Positions 54,208 through 64,000 of a stretch of DNA of 64,000 nucleotides are shown here, in pieces. This stretch comes from Takakia lepidozioides (Eukaryota; Plantae; Bryophyta): assembly GCA_030704615.1 (NCBI GenBank), contig CM060732.1:62930001-62994000 (forward strand), written 5' to 3'. The position numbers and the translations under genes are program-made. Every line of letters starts with the position of its first letter. Within the stretch, counting starts at the first letter, position 1. The notes beneath the pieces are model-generated. The model searched no databases, had not been told where the DNA came from, and saw nothing but the letters and a program-made list of their open reading frames with translations.

Positions 54208-55538
54208 CCCCTAAAGGACAAGGGCCAAATTTTGCCAAGACCTCAAAAACTGGACCCTGGCCCTCTAAAACATTTATATCTTCAGATATACTAAGGCCCT
54301 GTAAGACTAACCGTTGGAATATACTCTCAACTACCCCACCTACGACCACAAAAATCCCTGTCTAAATCCAACCAGCAGATCCAAAGAACATAATGTCTAA
54401 AGTGGTGCCAAAAAAAAAAAACATGAAGTAAATAGGGAAAAAAAAAGTGCTTTTTCTATCGAATTTCCCATCTGCAAACTGGTCTGACATGACACTCTCC
54501 AGAATCTGGTGCCCTGTCATATAAGACACCGTCCCTGCAAATTTCATCTTTTTCTGACATAATCTCAGGTGGGCTGCTTTGTGTGCTAAAAATGGGGGGT
54601 CAAATTTGGGGTTTTCCTTCGGGCAGGAAAAAAGGTTTTCTCTGAAAATTGAGGAAAAATTTTGAGCAGTTCATTTGGCAATCGCTCCAGTGGGAATGTT
54701 CCGCAAAAACATTTCGGGCCAATCTGAGTCTCCTACTAGGTCTTTTTACCCCCTGCCTAGGAGACTTGCAATTGCACCTATGTGGGCCTATAATTTTTGG
54801 GCAGTAGCCCTCTCTTGTGGAGGGTTTTAGGGGGTGCCTCATCCTACCCGTCCCTAAATTGATTAGGCCTCCACCTCCCAAGGCATGTCCACAACCCCAC
54901 CCAAGTTCGGGCCACCCCTATGTTTATTGGGTTTTGGGGTCACCCACCCCACGTGTTCATGGGCCACCCATGCCGGAAATGTGTCCCGGTTTTCATGACG
55001 GAAAAACAAAATTCGCCGGATTTCACAAAGTTGATGGAAGCATCTCCAGGCAGCTCTGGAGCTGCGCACCGCTGCGCATCACTCGCTCTCTCCCCCCACC
55101 ACAACAACAGGTTTGACACCAAACCACCCCCGGAGCTACCATCGCCATTGATTCCAGCTTGGGGATTAGGCATGGAGATCTCGGAGGCAGGTCGGCCGCA
55201 GGTGCCATTTAGGGGGTAAGTGGCGCAATAAAGGGTGTTGGGAGACGCGCCACCCTACCATTGGGGGGTGCATGGAATTTCACCCTAACCTGACCCTAAT
55301 TGCCACATCATCCTCAGGGCAGTGGAAAGTGGCCTCAAAATCACGAGTGTGGCGGACTCTACGCTCTCCACGTGGCAATTGCCAGGTCGTATGACCAATT
55401 GGGAAATTCCACATCATACCTGACTTGATTTCCAATGGAATGAGCCTATGTGGGCCCACATCAGGCTTAACCTAAAGGATAACCAGCGTGTTCTCTAAAC
55501 CCAACCGACCCAAGTTGGGTCGTTTTGACGCTTAGGGA
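54208..55538. mobile_element. Second TTAA-flanked piggyBac-like non-autonomous element
   Basis: Left end TTAA|CCCCTAAAGGAC is identical to that at 46254. Right end TTGACGCTTAGGGA|TTAA is a 10/14 inverted match. Confidence 0.45.
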
Positions 55539-55836
55539 TTAAGTGGAGGATGGTTCCGGCTCCAAATTGAGTTAAGTATAGTATAGGTGTCAAGTGGTGG
55601 TTTCTTGGGGAGAATCTACCAAATAATACGACTGCATGTATGGGGCAGATATACCGTATAACTATGGAAAACTGAGAAAACGAAAAAAAATTATAATAAA
55701 ACAAAAACTAACGTTTCAGACTCTCACAGGAGGAAATTTCAGAATAAAGGAATTCTACATATACTTTTTTTTGTTCCCAGTAACTTGTTCATGGGCGGAC
55801 CGTTGGATTGGCGATCTGTAAGTATATGCGCGGCCG

Positions 55837-56100
55837 TACGTTCCAAGTTCTTAGTTTTAGAGTCTTCCTTGCACTGTGCCTTACGTTCCAAGTTCTTAGT
55901 TTTAGAAGCTTCCTGCACTGTGCCTTACGTTCCAAGTTCTTAGTTTTAGAAGCTTCCTGCACTGTGCCTTACGTTCCAAGTTCTTAGTTTTGGAGTCTTC
56001 CTTGCACTGTGCCTTACGTTCGAAGTTCTTAGTTTTAGAGTCTTCCTGCACTGTGCCATACGTTCGAAGTTCGTAGTTTTAGAAGCTTCCTGCGCTGTGC
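55837..56100. repeat. ~44-45-bp tandem repeat, 6 copies
   Basis: TACGTTCCAAGTTCTTAGTTTTAGAGTCTTCCTTGCACTGTGCCT repeated, upstream of the SDR start codon. Confidence 0.9.
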
Positions 56101-56332
56101 TGCATTCCTCGAAGTCCAAATGGAGACCCGGAAAAATTGGAGTGAATGCGATATTATCTCACTGAAGAAAGTTCTCCGAAGAAGAGCACCCTGCAAGAGA
56201 TACATCGAATCTGTCACGGTGGTGCAGCAATTGTTGTTGTCGATCTATTGCCAGACAGTGAAGGAAGATTGGACACTTGACGCTTGGGGATTCAAGAGTT
56301 TCAGGTTGAAGAAGATCGCTTGAGCCAAGGAA

Positions 56333-59300
56333 ATGGGTTCAGCGCCGAGCTCCTTCGGATCCAGCTCTACTGCTGAGAATGTAACTGCCGGTTTGGACCT
56401 GCATTCGAAGACTGTGCTGGTTACTGGTAGCTTACTTCATCCTCCTTTGTTAGTGTCGTCATGATCACATAGTTCACTCTTGGCATTGTTGCACCCTCTT
56501 GATTTCACGCGTAGCATGCTCCTTCGATGTATAAATGGAAGTTTATACAGTATAGTGCCCTGGCACCCAACCAATTGCATAGCCGCTTGCAGTTGCCCAC
56601 TGGATTACTTCTAGGAGGGTTCTTAGAAATGAAACAACCAGGCAAGTGGGATCAGATGAAGTATCCGTAGGGAAGGGAAGCGAAATGATATAGAGCGAAG
56701 AAACACATTTGACTGGAATTGGCCCTTGCATATACCTTGCTTTGTATATCTTCTAGAATCCTGCCAATTGGTCCTAATGTTCAGATTCAGACAGTGTACT
56801 GACACGTATACAGAGGGAGGAAAGACTTAGGAAGAAGGGGAGGATCGGAGCTGAAACATTGAGTTCAGAATCTGCAAACTATGCTCTTCATTTGAACAGT
56901 ACGGAAGAACAGTCGTTCGGTAGCCTTGTGGCAAAAGATTACACCAGCTTCTGGGTGAATCAAAAGGAAAGAGACGCCAGTCTACAGAACAGAGTTTCCT
57001 CATGAGAACAAGAGAGAGATGTGCGTATGGCCGCTAAATTCACAGATATGGATTGCAGGAGCGTCGTCTGGTTTAGGAGCGGAGACAGCAAGGGTGTTGG
57101 CAAAGAGAGGGGCACATGTCATTTTAGCTGTTCGCAATACAAAGAAAGGAGAGAAAGTGAAAGCGAAGATTTTGGAGACGACTCCAACTGCCCGCATGGA
57201 TGTTTTGGAGCTCGACCTCAACTCTCTCTCATCTGTTCGCAAATTCGCAGCTGATTTCAAGTCCAGAAATCTCCCTCTCAATATTCTCATGTAGGGTATT
57301 TCTCCCTCTTTCTCAGGGGAAGAAAACCTATTGTGCTTCCACAAGAGTTGTTGCCTTCAACAACATTTTCTATCGATGCTCAGTAACTTGTACAGATTTT
57401 GCTTAGGTAGTTTGGACGAGGATGGCTTGGAAGTCTTGGCTGTGCATGACATTAGACAACTTTGATCTTTGTGAACTCTTCTTACCTGGTATAATGCAAA
57501 GCCAGGTGCAGGTAAGCTTACAAAGGTGGGATTGATATGAACAGCAATAATGCAGGGCTAGTGTTGGGCAGTTTCCAGCTGTCAGAAGACGGTCTTGAGA
57601 AAACTTTTGCCACCAATCATATTGGTAAGTCAGAGTGTCTCTCTCTCTCGGCTATGGCAACAACGTGATCTCTCTCTCTCTCTCTATATATATATATGAA
57701 TTCAAGGTCAGATGGTGGGGTCAGCTGCAACATATGTCCAACTCCAGATATCCTACGTTAAACGACTCTATATCTTGGAAACAGGACTGCCCTGTCAAAC
57801 AGGCTAAGTCCTGGCAGAAGAGAGTAGAAGAGATTCTCAAGGACCTGGACCTGGATCCGCAAGTCTTGACCCCGCTGGATAAATCTGACTTAGAGGCTGT
57901 AGTGTCCAAAGCCATGTCTGTTGCCATGAGATTGTCTGATGAAAATGGAGTTAGGCAGAAAACTTCCCTGAACTTGTTTCCAGTCAGTGACATGGGGGAG
58001 GACATCTTGGATGACCTCAAGGGTCTACCCACTCTCGGCACTAGACTGAAATTTAAACTCAGGGCAGGAAGCCTACCTTGGAACAGCAAACAGAAGCAGA
58101 GAGGAAAGGGAGAGTGCAATTGCCCGTTGTGTGGGCAATCTAAAGACAGAATTCATTTTCTGATACACTGTCCGGGTTCTCTCACCAAAGAGACGCTCTC
58201 TTCAAATGTATCAAGGGAATTGTGCCTGTACCCCTGTCTACCAACTTTGAAAGTCTCGAGGCTGAGCCAAAAGCCCAGGCCCTCCTGAGGCCTAGTTTTT
58301 GGGCAAATCACACACAGCAGATTGATGCTTGTGTGAAGGGATTTCTAGAGGATATCTGGAAAACCTGGATTAATTCTATATATGAAGGTAAGTCTTACTA
58401 CCAACGTCAGCCCCTGACAGAGGTAGGTTCTGTCCCTTTTGTTCCCGCTCAAACTGGGCGCGGGGTCAATGGCCACAAGGCTACGGCAAACAACATCTTA
58501 TGAGTACAATCTCTCTCTCTCTCTCATTGATCCTCCAACCTCCAGGAATTGATTGATTGCGCAGAGATACTTTGATCTTTGGGGGCTAGAGGCTAATGTC
58601 AGTAAATGTGCAGTGATGGCATTCAACAACAGAGGAGAGGGAGGAAGTGATCTTAAGTGGCAGTGGGGTAGCCAAGAGATTCCAGTCCTCTCTTCCTACA
58701 CATACCTGGGCGTTGAGTTGAGTTTTCCTCCAACTGTAACTGGGATGCACATATCCAGAAAGTTGTTCAAACTGGCAAGGGCAAAGCGCTGAGTCTCACT
58801 AAATTTTTCCACTGCAGAGGGATTAACTCTGAGGTCAAGAAAACCTTGCTTTGCCGCATTATTAGAGCTGCCTTGGAGTACGGAGCTGCTATATGGGTTG
58901 ATAACTCCAACCGGGCTAAGTCTCTAGAATCCATTCAAGTGGGGGTGCTTAAGGAGTGCATGTCAGAATGCTCGAAAACATCCAATGTGGCTGTTCGGGG
59001 TGAGTTTGGCATCCCTTTGTTAAGCTCCCGACGAGATGAATTCAAGGTCAGATGGTGGGGTCAGTTGCAACACGTGTCCAACACCAGATATCCTAAGTTA
59101 ATCAACTCTATATCTTGGAAACAGGACCGCCCTGTCAAACAGGCTAAGTCCTGGCAGAAGAGAGTAGAAGAGATTCTCAAGGATCTGAATCTGGACCCGC
59201 CAGTCTTGACCCTGCTGCATAAATCTGACTTAGAGACTGTAGTGTCCAATGCCATGTCTGTTACCAGAAAATTGTCTGATGAAATTGAAGTTAGGCAGAA

Positions 59301-61976
59301 AACTTCCCTGAACCTGTTTCCAGTCTGTGACATGGGGGAGGACATCATGGATGACCTCAAGGGTCTACCCACTCTCGGCACCAGACTGAAATTTAAACTC
59401 AGGGCGGGAAGCCTACCTTTGAACTGTAAACAGAAGCAGAGAGGAAAGGGAGAGTGCAATTGCCCGTTGTGTGGGCAACCCGAAGACAATATTCATTTTC
59501 TGATTCACTGTCCGGGGTACTCTCACCAGAGAGACGCTCTCCTCCAATCTATCAAGAGAATTGTGCCTGTACCTATGTTTACCAACTTTGAAGTCTCGAG
59601 GCTGAGCCAAAGCCCAGGTCCTTCTGGGGCCTAGTTACTGGGCAAACCACACACAGCAGATTGATGCTTGTGTGAAGGGATTTCTAGAGGATATCTGGAA
59701 AACCCGAATCAATGTCCTTTATCAAGGTAAGTCTTACTACCGACGTCAGCCCCTGACAGAGGTAGGTTCTGTCCCTTAAAGTTCCGCTCAAACTGGGCGC
59801 GGGGTCAATGGCCACAAGGCTACGGAAAAAAACGTCTTATGAGTACATTCTCTCTCATTGATATTTTTCAAGGTAAGTCATACTACCGGCGTCAGCACCT
59901 GACAAAGGTAGTTTCTGTCCCTTTGTGTTTCGCTCAAACCGGGCACGGGGTCAATTGCCACAAGGCTACTGCAAACAACGTCTCATGAGCACATTCTCTC
60001 TCTGTGTCATTTGTCATCTAGCTCAAAGGCCAGAAGGCCACGGCAAACAATGGCTTATGAGTACATTCTCTCTGTGTCATTTTGTTCGTGAAGCTAAGCT
60101 GGTGATAGATGTATGGTTGTAATTTAGTGTTTCAATATGGGATCAATTTTCATTGGTGGTCCGGAGTCACCTTTATTGAAATCACAGTGTTTGTTTGCAG
60201 GTCCATTTCTTCTGACCAATCTACTGCTTGATACCTTGAAAGCAACGGCCAAGAAGACTGGAGAGCAGGGGCGCATTGTGCTTTTGTCATCTGGGGCTCA
60301 TAAATTCTCTTACAAGAAAGGAATTCGCTTTGACAAGCTGAATGATGAAAAGAGGTATAAAGAGAATACATGGTTAAGCTAGTGTCAGAGACTCAGCGAC
60401 TCCTTTCTGGTAATGGAAAGAGAATGTACTTATTGACTGGTTTCAAATGTTGGCTATAATGTACCTTTGTAGGGCGCCGTACTCCCCATTGGATAACCCT
60501 CCTAGATAGTTGTGGCATTTTTGGTCCACAAAACATGTGAAAGTCTACCTGGAATCGCCATTGTACTCCTGTACACCCAAGAACAATCCGGTTACAGCAG
60601 ATGCAGTCCAATGTATGCACTGTTAGCATGAAGCTTGATTCCAACATTTCTATTGAATGTGATAATATTTGCTGCTGTGCACAGCTAGTCACACTGTTAG
60701 AGGAAAAGACGAGATATTGGCAGACAGAAGAAGAGAGAGAGAAATTCGAAATAAAATGTAGCGGAGTTTATCAGCTAAGCTGTAACTGAAGTTGTTACCA
60801 TTGGGCATGGGTAAGCAGTTACAAAGGTCTTCCTGCATATGGACAATCCAAGCTGGCCAACATTCTTCATGCAAAAGAGCTCGCTCAACGTCTCCAGGTT
60901 AGTCAACAGTTTCTGTTACTAGTGTGACACCAAATGTGTGCACCATACTTGCTGATGTTGCCTAAGGATTCTTGCCCTCGAATGTCATAGAAGTGTCGCA
61001 TGCTACAAATTAGGACTGCCTAGACTGCTGCTGCAAAAATTGGACTAAAATGTTGAGGAAGTGAGGGTCTGTGTAATTTAATGGTTGTGCACTACTTGCT
61101 AGGAAGGGGGAGGGTTAGGAGTTAGGACGAGGGAATTAGGGAATTGATGGAGTCAGTGCGAATTTTTATGTTCGAAAAGACACGTTGCTCATGAAAAAAC
61201 ATGCTGCAATTGAGCAGGAAGAAGGAGCAAATGTGACTGCTAATTCCCTTCACCCTGGAGTTATCTTTACCAACATTTTCAAGGGTCAAAGTGCATTCAT
61301 CAACCGTAAGCCCAGTCTTCTTACCTGGATACCTGTCAGGGAGAAAGTGCAGGGAGGGCTTTGTAAAGTTTCTTTTTCGTTCTTTTCTCTTGCACCCCTG
61401 CCTCTTTGTGGGACATGTGGGCAAACAAGGGACGACACTTGAGTGATTTTGCATTTCGGAAAGAGGATTACAGAATCTGTCCCTGACAAATTTGTGTTTG
61501 TAACAGCTGTAACCGCTTTCTTGGCCAGCCCATTCCTGAAATCAGTTTCTCAGGCAAGATTCACTGAGCTCCGTGCATTGCAATAGAAATGAAAATGTAT
61601 GTCTGCTTTTGTCTTTATGATTTGCTGGCCTCTTGAAATCTTTCTCGTAAATGTGCCTGATATGAATAGAGAATCTCCCCTGCTGGAGTGAGCCTCCAGT
61701 GGTGAGAGTGGCCTCCCTTTCTTCCTCTTCTATTTCTCAACTGTTCCTTGAATACAGCATGCTGAACTTCGGCTTTGCTGCATCGTTTATGATTTTCTGG
61801 GTATACAGGGTGCAGCAACGACATGCTATGTGGCGACACATCCTGATGTTGAGGGGGTCTCTGGAAAATATTGGCTTGATTGCAAAGTAGAGAATAATGT
61901 GTCAGAGATGGCCAAAGACAAGGAGTTGGCAGCTCAACTATGGAAATACAGTGAGGATTTTGTTGCCGCACATTGA
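56333..61976 (+). CDS. Short-chain dehydrogenase/reductase, TIC32/retinol-dehydrogenase-like, 8 exons, ~313 aa
   Basis: Exons 56333-56426, 57059-57290, 57545-57624, 60201-60354, 60819-60897, 61218-61305, 61507-61553 (GC donor) and 61809-61976. Motifs: TGASSGLG, NNAG, YGQSKLAN, HPGVI, QGAATTCYVATHP. Confidence 0.92.
57696..60075 (+). mobile_element. Stacked 5'-truncated non-LTR retrotransposon (LINE) copies in SDR intron 3
   Basis: RT C-terminus WGLEANVSKCAVM...YTYLGVE and C-terminal CPLCGQPEDNIHFLIHCP. Two long copies (~57696-58525 and ~58530-59856) and two short 3' ends; each ends ATGAGTACA(A/T)TCTCTCTC or a close variant. Confidence 0.85.
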
Positions 61977-62819
61977 GAAGAGGTGATGATTAGTTGAAAG
62001 CATGACTGTCTCATCAGGCTGTGGAGCAAGTGGTTGAGATGCTCAAGAAATTCCACTGCGCTGCACCCAAGTTTAGGCCTGTTTTTCTTTCAATTTTCCA
62101 CCATATGAGTGATGTACACCATATCTACCACCCGAGACTGGCATTTCCCCATTGCAGTTCCTGCCATCACCTGTTGGGATCTCCTCCTCTATTTCTCTTT
62201 TTCATCTGAAGCTGATGCTGTTCCATGTGAAGGTCCCAATCTTGTCCAGGTTTCTGCAGACATTTAAACTGCAAGACCAGTCCTTGTATTACCAAGTCGA
62301 TCAGCAGGTGGTCAGCAATGTCCTTTGTTTTCATTTGCTTTGTTGGTTTGTACTTACAGGGAGAGGGTTGGAGGCATGTCGAGTACAAGTAAAAGGTACC
62401 TGCTATTGTCACCTGACTGTCATTGACTCACCTGGAGGCCTGAAAGATGTTGAAGACAAAGAATGCTAACAAGCAAATTGAAAGATTATGTTTTATTTCT
62501 CAAAACCAGCCCAAGGCGTGCACTCCTTCACACGTCGTGTTCATAGATGCTTGGCACTTTCTATACAAAAGTCCATGCATGACAGCAGACGCCAATTGTC
62601 ACATAGAAGTGACAGTGGATGCCCAGAATTTTGTCACTTCCACAGAAAGAAATTCGAACTCATTCGCCTCGCACCGCAGTACTAGAGAAGAGTTTGCAAG
62701 AGGGTTACGGTGCAACTGTAATTAACTGAGAGTTCCAGCCTAAGAAGCTGATGAAGAAGTTGGGGCTTTTCGATTTTGCACTACTTTGAAGTGGAAGAAG
62801 ACCCCACTTGAGCCAGAAA

Positions 62820-62938
62820 ATGGGTGTTAAAGAGCTACTTGTGAAGAGGCAATGGCCCTACCGGCTTTGGATCAAAGTCCACTGCTGAAGATATGACGGC
62901 CAATCTGAACCTGCAATCGAAAACTGTGATTGTGACTG
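62820..62938 (+). pseudogene. First exon of a second TIC32-like SDR (damaged 5' end)
   Basis: GNGPTGFGSKSTAEDMTANLNLQSKTVIVTG|GT is paralogous to exon 1 of the upstream SDR. It is preceded in frame by TGA (62842), and the ATG at 62820 is out of frame. Confidence 0.7.
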
Positions 62939-63169
62939 GTACTTTTCTTCACCTCTCCGTTCTCAGCATCAATCACCCCAATTTCATTCTTGAGATTTCT
63001 TCACTCAAGTGCCTAATGCCTTGTTGGTGTTTCGCACGTTTGACATTCAGATGAAAATTCAATAGAGTGAAGTGCCCTTAGGAAATTGATCATTTAGGAA
63101 CATTTAACCCGAAGTTATGGACCAAATTCAGCACGGTCTTGTGCCAGAGAGACGCATTGCAGCAGCAAC

Positions 63170-63593
63170 TGCCGGGTTATGAGAGGAGACTGCAAGGGCG
63201 TTCCAAAACCTCCCCAAAGGACTCCACAGCCTGTGAAGCCTCAAAACAAGCCTGAAGCATATACTCCTTTCCTCTCAAGAAACAAGTTTTCACAACAATT
63301 GGGCAAGCGGGAAGAGCGGGCGATGCGCGAGGAGGATCAAACACAGGATCTGACAAAAAAGGGGATCTACAGCTTGTACACCAACTTCACATATACACTA
63401 ACACCTGAGTACACCACCCCTGATCTGTGGCAGGTCGCCGTCTTTATACTAAAAGCCTAGCTTCAGCTGCTTGCCGTGTGGCGAGGCGTGACAAGCCAAG
63501 TCCGCAACGCCTTTTTATCACACTAGATCTGATGAAGAGGATGCCGCCACTAACCTAAACTAACCCTAGCTGAAATCTAACGGTTTAACGGCA
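63170..63593 (-). mobile_element. LTR-like segment
   Basis: Ends TGCCG...CGGCA with a TATA-like motif on the minus strand. No TSD was seen. Confidence 0.3.
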
Positions 63594-64000
63594 CTTTTAG
63601 CCAAAAAATATATACGATGGATGAGTATCGTCGCTTTGGATGAAAAAATAAATTTCTAGGCTAGGAAAGTATGGGCCTTCACATTTGTGAAGCCTACTCC
63701 CCATGAAAGATCTTGAGCTCCGCGAAATAAAAATAATAATAAGTAAATATTGGGGTAATCTCACCCTCCGCTGCTGGGTGAAAAACCTACCAAGGGAAAA
63801 CCTGGCATCCGCAAATTGGGCCGAGGACAAAACCCTTGGCTAGGAAAACCGTGCAAGGAGTACAAATGGTGATATACCATGACACTACAAATGTTTTGAA
63901 GTCCTAGAGAGGTCAAGTCATATGACCATAAAAATCACCATCCGCAAAGTAAGACTAAGCCACTGAAGATAAGAGGATCAAGTTGAAGTAGATCGGCTAA

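Overview
Eukaryotic land-plant nuclear DNA, probably bryophyte or lycophyte grade (inferred from the LHCII transit peptides and the PLS-PPR-DYW cluster). From left to right: (1) 1-4433 is the 5' end of a minus-strand Ty3/gypsy-like LTR retrotransposon (partial gag) with a ~1.8 kb array of a 51-bp repeat. (2) 4434-11180 is a decayed mobile-element-like unit. It has a 137-bp-period array of a 28-bp palindrome, followed by a spliced, pseudogenised gene joining an N-terminal ParB/Srx-like domain (WDGNHR) to a C-terminal prokaryote-type beta-class amino-DNA-methyltransferase fold. Four more copies of the palindrome lie in this gene's introns. (3) Copia remnants at ~12.9-14.3 kb. (4) 14.3-41.8 kb is a mirror-image duplicated cluster of PLS-PPR-E-DYW RNA-editing genes and major LHCII genes. 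The PPR genes have upstream exons encoding an OSB/PTAC9-type PDF motif, which splice in frame in the 27.6-30.7 kb copy. (5) A GGGTTACA-rich repeat with a CACTA transposase fragment. (6) An AT-rich island with an intact 8-exon A1 aspartic protease, SINEs and TTAA-flanked piggyBac-like MITEs. (7) An intact 8-exon TIC32-like SDR with stacked LINE 3' ends in intron 3, then the first exon of a second, damaged SDR. The best candidates for an undescribed system are the ParB-MTase with its palindromic array and the PDF-PPR-DYW fusion. All gene models were read by eye; no database search was run.
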